From positions 1 to 43,767 of the forward strand of contig JALAGF010006491.1 of NCBI GenBank assembly GCA_030167865.1: a stretch of DNA of 43,767 bases, given 5' to 3'. This document shows, piece after piece, positions 21,300-33,041 of this stretch; the stretch's first letter is position 1, and every line of letters starts with the position of its first letter. Position numbers and translations under genes: made by a program. The notes under the pieces are model-generated. The model ran no database searches. It saw only the letters and a program-made list of their open reading frames with translations, and had not been told where the DNA came from. The stretch is from Craspedostauros australis (lineage: Eukaryota).

Positions 21300-22853
21300 A
21301 TGGGAAAGAAATCGAAGCGCATCCGGTCTGGCAACGACGCGCAGTCGCGTCCAGCACCCGGGCAGCTGAAGACGGAGGAAGAAACGAAGGACAGTCTGCG
21401 TTTCGAGGATCCCTTCGTGGACGAAGTCGAAGAGGAGGATTGCATGGATGACGATGCCGACGACGAGGACGCTGGCGGCGACGACGACGAAGATGCCGGT
21501 CAGACGGAGTACATCCAATCCTGGCATCCGTTGATGGGCAACACCGATGGTGACGAAACGCCAGAGCTGGAAATGGACCCCACGGCCTACAAAATGCATC
21601 ATTCGCTGACGCCCGATTGGCCGTCACTTTCGTTTGACTTTCTGCGCGATGATTACGGCGAATCGCGACAACGATTCCCGCACACGCTATGGGCGGCTGT
21701 GGGGACGCAGGCCAACACGCCAGAACAGAACCAGCTGACGATTATGCAACTGAGCGATCTGTCCAAGATCCCGCAGAGCGAGGAGGAGGACATACTGGGT
21801 GACGAATACGACAAGCCTGGCAAGGACGGCGACGATGACAGCTCCGATGAAGAGGAAGACGTGGATCTTGATCCAGTCGTGGAGCATTACCATCTTGAGC
21901 ATTACGGCGGTGTCAACCGAGTGCGCTGCATGCCGCAGCGATCTCACATCGTCGCAACGTGGTCCGATGCCAGCAAGGTCAATGTGTACAACGTCAAGTC
22001 AATTCTATCGCGTTTTTCTTCGTCGACGGCAGCAGCCGGTGGCAGAAAAGCTGCATCTACGATGGATGATGACGATGTTGACGATGATGGCAACGCCAAC
22101 AGCAACAACAGCAAGCGACCGTTCTTCACCCACGACGCAACTTCGGAGGGATACGCCATGGACTGGTCATCGACACAGGAAGGATCCTTGGTCACCGGCA
22201 ACTGCCATGGCACAATCAGCCTGTGGAAGCCTGATGGCGATGGCATGACCTCGTTCCAAGTCACTGACACATACACCGCCCAGGTGAATGGAAAGAACGC
22301 ATCGGTCGAAGACCTGCAATGGAGCCCAACCGAAACTACGGTCTTTGCCGCCGCAACCTGCGACGGCACGATCCAAGTATACGACACCCGAGCACCCGAC
22401 CGTCCCATGCTCAGCCCCAAAATCCACGATTGCGACGTAAATGTCATGAGTTGGAATCGGTTGGTCTCCAACCTCCTCGCCACCGGTTCGGACGACGGCA
22501 CATTAAGCGTGTGGGATTTGCGCACCTTCGGCAAAGCCGACAAGGCCACACCTCTCGCGCGATTCACTGCGCACAAGACACCCATCACATCCGTCGAATG
22601 GCATCCCACCGACGAAAGCATGCTGGGCGTCACCGACGATGTCGGTGCCTACGTCTACGATCTCAGCGTCGAAGAGGACGCGATGGCGCCTGCCAGCAAG
22701 AACGTCGCTGTGGCCGACATCCCACCGCAATTACTCTTCTGTCACGCCGGATCTAGGTTGTTCAAGGAACTGCACTGGCATCCGCAGATATCGAGCTGCA
22801 TGATGACCACGGCGCTGACAGGTTTCTCAGTCTTCATTCCATCCAATTTGTAA
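21300..22853 (+). CDS. GRWD1: Glutamate-rich WD40 repeat protein 1 / ribosome assembly protein RRB1
   Basis: MGKKSKR start, acidic N-terminus, LEMDPTAYKMHH..WPSLSFD (CAF1C/H4-binding-like domain), GTQA, H.GGVNRVR, EGYAMDWS, SVEDLQWSPTE, DVNVMSWN, PITSVEWHP, PPQLLFCHAG..KELHWHPQI. Confidence 0.9.
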   Translation: MGKKSKRIRSGNDAQSRPAPGQLKTEEETKDSLRFEDPFVDEVEEEDCMDDDADDEDAGGDDDEDAGQTEYIQSWHPLMGNTDGDETPELEMDPTAYKMHHSLTPDWPSLSFDFLRDDYGESRQRFPHTLWAAVGTQANTPEQNQLTIMQLSDLSKIPQSEEEDILGDEYDKPGKDGDDDSSDEEEDVDLDPVVEHYHLEHYGGVNRVRCMPQRSHIVATWSDASKVNVYNVKSILSRFSSSTAAAGGRKAASTMDDDDVDDDGNANSNNSKRPFFTHDATSEGYAMDWSSTQEGSLVTGNCHGTISLWKPDGDGMTSFQVTDTYTAQVNGKNASVEDLQWSPTETTVFAAATCDGTIQVYDTRAPDRPMLSPKIHDCDVNVMSWNRLVSNLLATGSDDGTLSVWDLRTFGKADKATPLARFTAHKTPITSVEWHPTDESMLGVTDDVGAYVYDLSVEEDAMAPASKNVAVADIPPQLLFCHAGSRLFKELHWHPQISSCMMTTALTGFSVFIPSNL

Positions 22854-23286
22854 GCTGGATAGGTGAATGAATGGACGCATGAATGTCGCATTAATGACGC
22901 ATTCATGGGCACATAGATGCAGGAGTGAATGATTACGAAACTCTGCGGATCAGACTTTAGCAGCGCATTATTTACGACTATATCTATACTCGATTCTGCC
23001 ATCAAGCAGTATTGTATCAAGTGGATGCGGAGCTGTTCTACTCCATACACTTCACAGTCATCACAGTGCAGCAGTATTCCACAGGAAAGCCAACACGTAT
23101 GGTGCAGCTCCAAACAAATTGAACAAGCCTTTGAACGATCAAGCCTGAGCCATGCGATTATACATGACTGTGTCCTGTCGTGAGAGTCCTTCCAATGTAC
23201 AGAAACTAATTCTATCTTACTCGCGCTGCATACCCTTATTCCCGCTGGACAACAGAGGAAGTCCCCGTGTCTCGAAAATTACGCGA

Positions 23287-26200
23287 TCAATCGCTGTCAT
23301 CTGGAATGATGTACTCCTCATAATCGCTGTCATCTTCGTATCTGTACATGTCTTCATCCACGTCCATCCTGCTGCTGCTGCGATCTTCATCGCTGTAGTC
23401 TTCGTCGTCGCTGTCTCCGTCGCTGTCTTCATCATTCATGCGAAATCCTTCCAACACGTTGTCAATGAGCTCCCATTGAATCTCTTGCTGGGTCTGTTCA
23501 CACAATTGCAAATGATAGATGATGCCGAACAGATCCTTCAGCGTCAGATCTTGGTCCTGTGTTGTGAAGTACCAATCTTGCACAATCTCGAACATGTCCT
23601 GCATTAGCTCCACCTCTTTTTCGCGCCCGTGGCGGCCATAGTACCCCATACCGTTACGGAGCTTGCGTCCCAAATCCATTCGCCGAGCCTCCTCTTCCGG
23701 GTCGAATGCCATGAACTCCGACATGTCAGGTCCCAACGTGGAGACGAAGGTGTCAGCACCGAAGGTTCCCACGGATTCTTGTTTGGAGTACACGGAATAA
23801 TCATCGCCGTCGTCACCGTTGTGGTTGCGACTGCCATAATCCTCATCAGCATCATCATCATCTTCCTCCTCCGTATCGAAACTCGCGCTCAGCGACGAGT
23901 ACTTGGAGTGCATGGTCTTGTTCAGAGTGTGCATCATTTTGTGGAGATGCTGCGATCTGTACTCCAGGGTCCCTTCGCTCGACATAGGAGTCGCCGTTGT
24001 TTCATCGCTGACGGTGGCATTCTCCAACGTCATTGCCACCATGTCATCGATGGGATCAACAATTCTGCTGTTAACCTCCACGACGTTCGGCATGACGATG
24101 TCGTTGATGAGATCCCAGTTGACGACAGCGGTGTTGACGGATTCCACGAGCTGCAGGTGCTCCCGGATGCACCGAGTGTCCTGTCGGGACAACCCGTAGT
24201 GGTTCTCAAACTTCTTCGCCGATTCGTCGTCTTCGTCTCCCAACAAGGCCGCGGTGACACCCCATCGCACCAAGAGCCGACGTTGTGAATCAGGCAACAT
24301 CGCATTGTGGTTGAACTGTGCCAGATCGTCCAAATTTTGCACAACTTGCATGTGCCGAATGAGATAGGCGATATCGACAGGAGCCTGTGCCATGTCCGTC
24401 GTTGCGGATGTCACGTCGTCCATGCTGATGAGGCTGATGTTTGCGCTGTGAGCAGCGATGCTCGCATCCGTGGCAACCTGAGCATTCACGTGCGTGGAAT
24501 GCCTTTGCAAGCCTTCCAACGTGGCAGCTGCCGCAGCCTTGGTTTCGGTTGCCTTCTCCAGCTTGGGCGTGAGCCGATGTTGCAATCTTGGGACGCTCTG
24601 CGATTTGCAACCGTCATCGTTGATTACTCTGCGGCGATGCGTCGACGTGACGGATGCCTGGTCATCGGCGATGGTGGGTGGCAGCTGAGGGCGTTGCGGC
24701 AATCTGGGTGGTGATTGTGGGAGCCTGACCTTTGGCTTCTTCTGTAAACCAGGGCTGTGTGATCTGCACATCGGCGGGCGTTGCAATCCGATGCTGGCCT
24801 GCCGTGTCGGTCGGTAGGATTGCGAAGGTTGGCGCGGTCGTGGCTGGATTGCGGTTCTGCGATTGGTCCTGTGGAAGTCCTGTGCCAGCGCCTTCAATTT
24901 TCGCGTGGATCCCATCCTGGGAGTTCGTTGGGATGGCGTTGGCGTTTGGTTCGGACTCGTTTTGGGCGCCTTGGCAGGTGTGAGCGTGCTGCCATCGACC
25001 TTGTTGGCTTCGTCGGACATGGCGTTGCTGTGGCTCTCCAGTTCCGAAGATGAAGTCGATGCGCGCCTGGCCTTGGCACTGATCTTCTTCGGCTTCTTTC
25101 GGTTGCTGATCAACTGTCTGGTTTTCAGCGCGCTCCTCAGGCTGTCCTTCGTGTTTCGGCTTGGCGACTCCTGGACCACCGAGTCCGCGGTCGCTTGTGC
25201 CATTGGTGGCGGTGGCGGTGCACTGACTTTGACAGGTGCGACCGCAGTGGTAGGGGCATTGGCGCCACTCGCAGCAGGAGTCTTTGATGATGCTCTGGGC
25301 GTCGGCGGCGAAGCTGGGGGCGGCAGGGACGCACCTGAAGACGGCAGCGAAAATCTTTCTTTCGGCGGCGAACCAGGTGTCCAATGTTTGTGCATGGATG
25401 TGCTGGGTAGCCCCGGCTTCCATTTCCTGCGATGCGACGACACCGAGTGCGCGCTGGGCGAATCGAACGGTGTGGACAGATCGAGAGATGGCTTGCGCAC
25501 GAGCGGTGATGCCGTGGCGGGTGGCGCGGAGGATGGCTGTTCAGATGTGCTCGGTGCCGATTCTTTCTTCTGCGAGGTTGGTTTAGTCTTCTTTTTCTTT
25601 TTGACTTTGCGCACCACCTTCTTGATGACCTTGCGAACGACACGTTTTCCATCTGGTGCCACCGTGGTCGTCGTGATCGTGGTGACGTCGTTGCCGTCCT
25701 TGTCCGTCGTGGTTGTCGAGACAGGTGGTTCGGGAGCCAGTGTCGGCACTTTGGGACGCCTCCCCCTCTTTTCTGTTTTGCTGGATTTCTTGTTCTTTTT
25801 GTGAGAGCTTGTCTTCGACCGCTTGGAGCTCGATTTGGGCTCTGACTTCGTTTGTGCTTCTACCTTTTCATCTTGCTGCCGATGTTCCTGTTGCTGTTTT
25901 GTGCTGGTGTCGTTGTTGCCGTCGTTCTCGTTGCCATCATCGTTGCCACTGTTCTGAGGAGCTGTATCATCTTTCGGACTGTGGCCATCGCTGCGAGGAT
26001 TCTTGCGATTGTCATCATCTACGGCGATGACCAGTGACGTTGCGAGACGCTGTTGCGAATTGTGATCAGGCACATGTTTGCGGGTTCCCACTTTGATCTC
26101 GGGCGATTGCATGGGCGAGAGCGGAGCAGGCATGGTGAAGGAATGCGACATTCCCTTGGGCATGCGTCGTGGGTGGTTGTTCCCAATGATGTGCGGGATG

Positions 26201-27810
26201 GGAGCGTTGGCAGCGCCTTTGCCTTTGCCATCGCTGTTGTTATTGTCGTCGTTGCTTTGGGAATCTTTGCCGACGATTCCCCAATCGTACGACGCAGAGG
26301 ATGCAGATTCGTGACAGTCCCCGGATACAGACGCGGTTCCGTTGCGATATTTGCGGATGATGGAGTCTGCAGCCTTCGGCTTGTTGCTCCTGCTGTTTTT
26401 GCCATTGCTCGGTGTGCCATTGCGGTTGCTGCTGCTACTGCGTCCCGCCTGGTTGGTCTTGTGAGATGGGCTGATGCTGGCATGTGCTTGTTCATCAACT
26501 TCTTTGCGCTTGGCGGCCATGCCAGAGAGCGATCTCGTACCACTTGCGCCGGATTTCCGTATTCTGGTGCGCAACGATGCATGCTCCGAAGATGCTGAGT
26601 TGACGGACGATGTGGAGGCGCTCTTACGGACGTTGCCAACCGCCTTTTCAAGCTTCTTGGTGAGGCTGGAGATGAGATTGCCACCACCACCCTGGTTGTG
26701 CCTGCTTCTGCGTGATCTGGATCCAGTGCTGCGTTCGTCTTCATTGTCGGGTGGGATGTACCTGTACTTCTTCTTGTTGTTGCGTGCCCCCGTGGAACTC
26801 CCCGCGCTGTTGCTGCTGCCGATACTGGCGATGCTGCCGCCCGCCTTCTTGCGATGCTTCTGGCCTGGTGACTTCTGCAACCACGAGGTGAGCTGCGCTG
26901 ATCGGATCGACCGTGTTCCATTGCTGTTGCTGTGGCCATTGCTGTGACCATTGCTGTGACCATTGCTGTGACCATTGCTGTGACCATTGCTGTGACCATT
27001 GCTATTGCCATTGATAGCCCCGCTGGCCTTTGGGTTTTCGTGAGTTGCATGAGCGCCTGCAGTGTTGCCATGAATTGCGTTTGCTTTCTTTCTCGTCTTT
27101 GTGTCCATGCTGCGCATTGCTTCCTTCCCAATGGCATTCCTCTTGATCTTTCCGCCTACAGAACCGGGTTGCTGGCGATGATTGTCAGTGCCAGTGTCAG
27201 TTTGAGCGCCAGTGCGATCCTGACTGTCGACCGTGCTGCTCTCATGAGTGCTCGTGCTGCTGCTGCCACCACCATCCGAGGCGGTATCCGGCTCCAGAAC
27301 GTACTCGTCGGAGTCCTGGTATCGAAGCCGCTGCCGTTCCTGCTGCTTCTGCTGGTGCGACGTCAATGCATGGTCACGATCCCCGGGATGATTGCCGTCT
27401 CCGATGGATGCCGGCTGATCCGCGTAGGAACCGAGCTTGGCGGCTGGCTTGTTGGCAGTGGGGGCACTGGTGCGGAAATGGAACTTTCGCAGCAGCGACG
27501 GGCGCGGCGATGTGGATTGCGTGGATGGCGATGCATCGTACTCGTAACGAGAGGTGCCGTTGGCCGTCCTGCCGCTCATTCCACCGTCTGCGATCTTCTT
27601 TGCGGAGGAAGGCAGCGATGCGGGGCTCTCCGCGTTGCCAAACGTGCTCCTCACTCTGAAGTTGCGGTTGCGGCCGTGATTCTGCTTGTGACTTTGTGTG
27701 TGCTTCTGGCTGTGGCTTAGCTCGTGGCTTAGGTTGTGGCTGCGGCTCTGATTCCTGGAGATCGGATCTGCGGTTGAACCTAATGGCGAGAACGTGGCGG
27801 CGTAGATCAT
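23287..27810 (-). CDS. Large, mostly disordered S/K/P-rich protein (1507 aa) with duplicated C-terminal helical motif and acidic tail
   Basis: 4.5-kb uninterrupted ORF with (NGHS)6, K-rich NLS-like runs (VVRKVKKKKK), P-rich segments and two copies of LxxxDxxxIxxHLQLxE...W[DE]LI near the C-terminus. No family recognised. Confidence 0.8.
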   Translation of the reverse strand: MIYAATFSPLGSTADPISRNQSRSHNLSHELSHSQKHTQSHKQNHGRNRNFRVRSTFGNAESPASLPSSAKKIADGGMSGRTANGTSRYEYDASPSTQSTSPRPSLLRKFHFRTSAPTANKPAAKLGSYADQPASIGDGNHPGDRDHALTSHQQKQQERQRLRYQDSDEYVLEPDTASDGGGSSSTSTHESSTVDSQDRTGAQTDTGTDNHRQQPGSVGGKIKRNAIGKEAMRSMDTKTRKKANAIHGNTAGAHATHENPKASGAINGNSNGHSNGHSNGHSNGHSNGHSNGHSNSNGTRSIRSAQLTSWLQKSPGQKHRKKAGGSIASIGSSNSAGSSTGARNNKKKYRYIPPDNEDERSTGSRSRRSRHNQGGGGNLISSLTKKLEKAVGNVRKSASTSSVNSASSEHASLRTRIRKSGASGTRSLSGMAAKRKEVDEQAHASISPSHKTNQAGRSSSSNRNGTPSNGKNSRSNKPKAADSIIRKYRNGTASVSGDCHESASSASYDWGIVGKDSQSNDDNNNSDGKGKGAANAPIPHIIGNNHPRRMPKGMSHSFTMPAPLSPMQSPEIKVGTRKHVPDHNSQQRLATSLVIAVDDDNRKNPRSDGHSPKDDTAPQNSGNDDGNENDGNNDTSTKQQQEHRQQDEKVEAQTKSEPKSSSKRSKTSSHKKNKKSSKTEKRGRRPKVPTLAPEPPVSTTTTDKDGNDVTTITTTTVAPDGKRVVRKVIKKVVRKVKKKKKTKPTSQKKESAPSTSEQPSSAPPATASPLVRKPSLDLSTPFDSPSAHSVSSHRRKWKPGLPSTSMHKHWTPGSPPKERFSLPSSGASLPPPASPPTPRASSKTPAASGANAPTTAVAPVKVSAPPPPPMAQATADSVVQESPSRNTKDSLRSALKTRQLISNRKKPKKISAKARRASTSSSELESHSNAMSDEANKVDGSTLTPAKAPKTSPNQTPTPSQRTPRMGSTRKLKALAQDFHRTNRRTAIQPRPRQPSQSYRPTRQASIGLQRPPMCRSHSPGLQKKPKVRLPQSPPRLPQRPQLPPTIADDQASVTSTHRRRVINDDGCKSQSVPRLQHRLTPKLEKATETKAAAAATLEGLQRHSTHVNAQVATDASIAAHSANISLISMDDVTSATTDMAQAPVDIAYLIRHMQVVQNLDDLAQFNHNAMLPDSQRRLLVRWGVTAALLGDEDDESAKKFENHYGLSRQDTRCIREHLQLVESVNTAVVNWDLINDIVMPNVVEVNSRIVDPIDDMVAMTLENATVSDETTATPMSSEGTLEYRSQHLHKMMHTLNKTMHSKYSSLSASFDTEEEDDDDADEDYGSRNHNGDDGDDYSVYSKQESVGTFGADTFVSTLGPDMSEFMAFDPEEEARRMDLGRKLRNGMGYYGRHGREKEVELMQDMFEIVQDWYFTTQDQDLTLKDLFGIIYHLQLCEQTQQEIQWELIDNVLEGFRMNDEDSDGDSDDEDYSDEDRSSSRMDVDEDMYRYEDDSDYEEYIIPDDSD
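26929..27003 (-). repeat. 12-bp coding tandem repeat, ~6 copies (NGHS)
   Basis: CCATTGCTGTGA units on the + strand, seen directly. Confidence 0.9.
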
Positions 27811-30800
27811 TACGGTACGAGAACGGGGATTGTGATGTCCGGATGCTCCTGCACACGAGTATCGATATTGCTTTCAATGTTGCGAGTGCTGCTGCTGCTG
27901 CTATAGCTGACGCTGTTGTTGATGATGAGACTCCTTGTTCTTCTGCCCCTTCGAATCTTGACGCCTTGGTATTGGTATGGCAGAGTACCAATAGGTCAAT
28001 CTCAACCAGCTCAACAAATAAGCAAAACAAGCAGAGTGGATCCGACCAAGGTCGGCGAAGGCTTATCGACCAAGCAAGAAAGAAAGGAAGCAAGAAAGGA
28101 AGCCGGGAACGAAGCGGTTGACTGCTTTGCGAGACGTGTCCGAGGAAGCCAGCGCGCGAATTTGCACGAATGAACAGCTCCCGAATTCTCGTCGATGCTT
28201 TGGCTGTTCGTTCCGGATGCTGCTCCAGCCGTTTGGCCCCTCGTCTGTTTCAAACGACGTCGATGCTCGGTGTGATCCTTTCCAGTTGCGGTGCAGTTGG
28301 CTTCAATTGCACAACGCGGAATGGCAACAGCGCGCTGATCCTGGTTTGCAGTATCAACTCGTACTCGTACTCGTGCACAGAGACACTGGATTCTTCTCCT
28401 GCCAACGCGGTGTGCGAGTGACAGTGTCCTCGAGTCTCAATCTTTTCGTGACAACTGGTTGAACGAACGAAGGAGAGGTGATGTGCCTTGGGCCTGTGGG
28501 TTCTGGCCTTGCGCTGATTCCTTGTGGGTGGTTGGAGGGTTGGATGAAGCGTGGGAGAGTTTGCATCCGCCAGCTTCTCCTGTCCAGAGAGACAGGGGAT
28601 CAGCGCCGTTGAGGCACAAGCGAACGCGGAGAACAACAAACTCTTGCCGCCGCTCTGATCCCTGTCTTGCTTGGTCCATTTCTCCCAACGACGGACTGCA
28701 CGCTCCACAACAACAACAGCAACAACGACAACGGTACCAGCAAAAATAGCAACAGCAACACTGACACCAACAGAAACGCAAACAAGGAGCATTCGTGACA
28801 CACACACAACACAAGCGCAAAAGAGCGAATCGACCAATGGTGGTTTTGTCCGTGTTGGCATCTCCACTTTATCTGTGCACTTTGCGTTTCACCCCAAATT
28901 CGTGTCGCACTCGGGTCTTACCACGATTTAACGCAACCCAGCATGTGTGTTCTTCGTGATTGGCACGATCAACGATTGGGGGTGGACGACACGCAATTCG
29001 AACCCGGCAAGACGTGCACAGTCTCATTAGAGGCCTATCGCATTTCACATTGGGAGTCCCACGGTACAAAATAACCTGATAATGACATTTTTAGAGGGGC
29101 AACATGCGAACTTCCCCCTCGGAAAGTGAAACTCGATTGCGTTTTAGGAGCCAAAAACACAATTGAGTTTCACATTGCAGTCCCGGCAATCCAACCTTCC
29201 ACGTGTTGGAACGAAACGAATGGCCAATCATTTCTCTTCATTTGCAGCAATGTTGAGTCGTCCTTGTCGTGACAAAGATATTTTTTTGAGATGCTAGTGA
29301 TGATGAAACTAGTATTCCGAATGAGAGGTGCATGGAGCGATAGAGAGCGATTAAGATGTCGAATATGCCTGTAAGCTTCACATATGATATCTGCGCGCAA
29401 ATATAAAAGGACCCCTTCATGATCCAGCTGAGGAATCTTTGCTCACATCCTATTTCACCCGATACAACATCCGCGGCGTGTTCCTGATGCTCTGAGGACT
29501 AGTGTAGTCAGATACGACCAGGGACTTCGACCAACGCGCATTTTGCATCTTTTGGAGATCCTGACTGCTATATCGGAAGTCGTTGTTGGTCTCCAACCAA
29601 CCCAACGCGCAATCGCAATAGTTCTGTGTAGACTGCATGGAGACCTTCTATTGGACAACAAACTGCTGATCCATCTCCATGATACAGTGATCAAGAGGTC
29701 TCTGTCATCGATATTTGCAACAGAGCCTTGAACAGGCTATGAATCAGCAGGGACAAAGTGCTTGCGCATATGTTACCGGACCTCTGTTAGTAGCAAAGTT
29801 GAGACAGAAGAGATGGCAGCGAAACTCTCAGAACACGAAGCTCCTAAGAGAAGAAAAAGGGATGTGCGTTGCGTGCAACTCAGACCACACCCATTAATGA
29901 TCCTATCAACCTTTGGTCTCAACAAGTAATGCGATAACATGCAAGGAGCATTCATATCAGAGCAGTCTAAACTAGAGCCCTATTCTACAGAAGAGAAGCC
30001 GATTCAGTCATGTTGGTCGTCTTTTCGTGTTGGTCACGAACTAGTCACGAGTACCAATGTGAAATTCGAACGTGAGTGCCACATGTGACATGAACACAGG
30101 GGTGTGAATGTGAAATGCGATAGGCCTCTATTTTCGACAACTCCGCGACATGTGTCAAAGATGCTCACCCACCAGCACAAAGGACTTGCGGGCGAGGTGC
30201 TTGCAGCGTGCCTTAGCGAACATCATGCAGAGCCCTAAGCTCGACGAGGATGAGAGACGAATGATCCTCTGTACTACTATAATGCTATTGTACATTGCTC
30301 TCACACGAGTATAAGTAGTTGTCGTTGTTCTGCCGTCGCTGTTTCTCGTCTTCGTTTCATCAGTTATACTGGCAATAGAGAGATGTATTTGCACGCGTAC
30401 GGCTACACTTATTGTATGGTACGATCGTGACGCATTCCAATCACAGCACCATCCTCCGACTCGTGCTCGTGGAATCGAGAAGCGTTCACATCCGCTGCGT
30501 GGTACACTTCGAGAGCAGGAGACGTGCACCATGACACTGCAAGATACTCCAAGATACTTCATCTCGGCTGGATGCTCGTCCCAAAAGTGACGCAATCCAG
30601 CATCACCAGCCGTTCGTTCGATGTCCCCAATCGTGGGTGGGGCTCATCGATTCCAATTGCGCTTGCATCGCACTCTGAGGTACGAATACGAGTATTGGCA
30701 GAATACTGGTAAAGCGGAGTAGCATGGTAGCGTAGTATGGTGGAGTGGAGCGGGGTGCACAGCAAGCACGTCGCTTCTGAATTTGCAAACTGGCGGTGTG

Positions 30801-31527
30801 TTCAACCATTGGCGCACTCCGACTGACACGAAATACTCCCACTCGTGGGCTTTTGGGAGTTTCATCACGCGGACTGACAACATCTGTCTGTTTGCCAAAA
30901 TTGGGAACCGAAAGTGGCGATGACCCACTCGACTGACACAACGAGAACGCCGAGCAACGGAAACTCCCCAGAAAAGGTATCTTCTTCGATCGAACTCCTT
31001 CCTTGTTTTCTCAATCCCACAAAGCAAGTGACGTCCAAGGAACAGTGCCCGAAACTGTATGCGGGCGTGGAGTGTGTCGGACTGGATCAATGATGTCAAT
31101 GCCTTTCCGCGAAGCGTAGACATCACAGGACAGAACAGCCTTCTTGAACTGTCGCATTTCCTCTCACCAGGTGTTCGTTGTATCCTCTGCGTGGATACGA
31201 ACTGGAGGCGGGAACATGGGTCGTAACACGATGAACACAAAATCCTGTGTGCCATCGCCAAGGTTCGCACATCACACACACGTTGCTTCGCACGCACACG
31301 CCCACAACATCTCCAGCCGCCTCCAACACACCGTTGCTGTCCATTGACTGCGCATCTTAGCTTGTTCTGATGCTGTTGCTGCAGATCCATCCATTCCTCA
31401 CCAAAGCTTCCCATAATTCAAGACTTTCCCACGTTTGAGGACATCAACCTACCAGAACACAACACACAGATACGTACACACACACACGCCCACGTGAACA
31501 CAACACACAGCCGCAACCACCATAACG

Positions 31528-32796
31528 ATGAATGTCCTTGCCTATCCACCGAACAACAGCATGGGTGGACAGCCAACTCCGCAATATCTCTATCAGCATC
31601 AACATCAACAACCACATCAGTTGCAGCAGCAACAGTTCCCACCGCAACAACATCAACATCAGCAACCACACCAGTCGCAGCAGTTGCAGCAATTGCAGGC
31701 GCCTTCGCAATTTCAGAACCCCCAACCACAGGCCGTGAACCAGCAGGGCTTCGGATCTCCAACCAAGAGCCATTCCAGGATCACCTTCGTGGCCAAGCAT
31801 GACTTTGTGGGCGACCGCTCGCGTGATCAGCTCGTCTTTCATGCCGGGGAGCTCATCCACGTGAGGCACAAGGATTGGCAGCGTCAGCAAAAGCAGCAAT
31901 TCGCCTGGATGGTCGGCAAACATCATGGGAAACGAGGTTGGTTCCCTCTGAACTACGTCACATCGTACGAGCAGTACAGCTTTGCCCTCCAGCAGCAGCA
32001 ACAACAGCGACAACACACCGGTGGTGCAGGCGCGATGATGTTGCCCACCATCATCCCCGATCCACCGAAGAGCATGCCGCCGCCCCCGCCTCCGCCGCCA
32101 CCAGCCGACGAGGAGATGTCCGTGGCAAGCAACAACACGGCACCCACCGTGTCGTACTCGCTATTCTCCTCTGGATCGACGCTCGCATCCTTCCCCGGCG
32201 GGCCGGCGGACCACCATCACTACGGGCACCATCAACAGCACCAACACCAGGAGTACCGCGAACCGGCCCCGCCCGCTGCGCACTACAGCGGGTCAGACTT
32301 CGATACGTCCGCGTCGCCGATCATGGGCGGCGCCGGCCAGGGTGCCATGACGAGCGCAGCCATGCCGCAGCAACCGTGGCAAGTCGATACAGTTGCGGCA
32401 GCTGCCAAGGAAAGCCTCTACACCCAGGGCTGGGCCGGCACGCCTTCCAGCTCCACCGCGCACGACGCCAACGATGCCAGCACCATCGATGCCTCAGGAA
32501 AACCGAAGAAGAAGGGCGCGGCAATTGGCAAGCGCATGAAGAAGTGGATGAAGAATGCCAGGGCGCCCAAGGACGACCGGCCCCACTGGCAGCAAGGGCA
32601 CCCCGTGGTGCAACAGCAGCAGCCCGTCGTGCAACAAGAGCCTATTCAGATGTACCAGCATGCCAACCCACAAGCCAGCCCATCAGCAGCTGCAAGTCCC
32701 GAAGTTGCCGCCCCTGCAAGCCAGCCGCAGGAGCGGCCCAAAGCGAAGGCGAAGAGCGGCAGGTTCCGTTACCCCGGACAAAACAAGCAGTCATGA
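31528..32796 (+). CDS. SH3-domain protein with Q-rich N-terminus and polyproline tract (422 aa)
   Basis: FVAKHDFVGDRSRDQLVFHAGELIHV...WMVGKHHGKRGWFPLNYV matches the SH3 consensus (ALYDY..ELSF..G..I.V..W..G...G.FP.NYV). PPPPPPPP follows downstream. Confidence 0.85.
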   Translation: MNVLAYPPNNSMGGQPTPQYLYQHQHQQPHQLQQQQFPPQQHQHQQPHQSQQLQQLQAPSQFQNPQPQAVNQQGFGSPTKSHSRITFVAKHDFVGDRSRDQLVFHAGELIHVRHKDWQRQQKQQFAWMVGKHHGKRGWFPLNYVTSYEQYSFALQQQQQQRQHTGGAGAMMLPTIIPDPPKSMPPPPPPPPPADEEMSVASNNTAPTVSYSLFSSGSTLASFPGGPADHHHYGHHQQHQHQEYREPAPPAAHYSGSDFDTSASPIMGGAGQGAMTSAAMPQQPWQVDTVAAAAKESLYTQGWAGTPSSSTAHDANDASTIDASGKPKKKGAAIGKRMKKWMKNARAPKDDRPHWQQGHPVVQQQQPVVQQEPIQMYQHANPQASPSAAASPEVAAPASQPQERPKAKAKSGRFRYPGQNKQS

Positions 32797-33041
32797 GGCG
32801 CATCATCCAATGCAATCCCAAATTGAACAACCGTTTGTATGCTTGATACTATTATTCCTAAGTTAAAACTATGATATGCCATGCACAAGGAGTAAACGTA
32901 AATATGCATGTGTATGAATTATGTAGGTACTCTCATGGTACTCTTCGGCCACGATACGACACGACTGTGTGCGCATGCTGCTTGTCCAAGGACAGCCCGT
33001 CACTGTCTCCGCCGTCGCCCTCTTGTCATCAGACGATACTC

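Noticed and set aside
28950..31400. AT-richer intergenic stretch with short ORFs and C/D-box-like words (TGATGA ~29298, CTGA ~29428)
   Set aside because: No coding bias, terminal stem or recognisable rRNA guide sequence; cannot support a gene or snoRNA.
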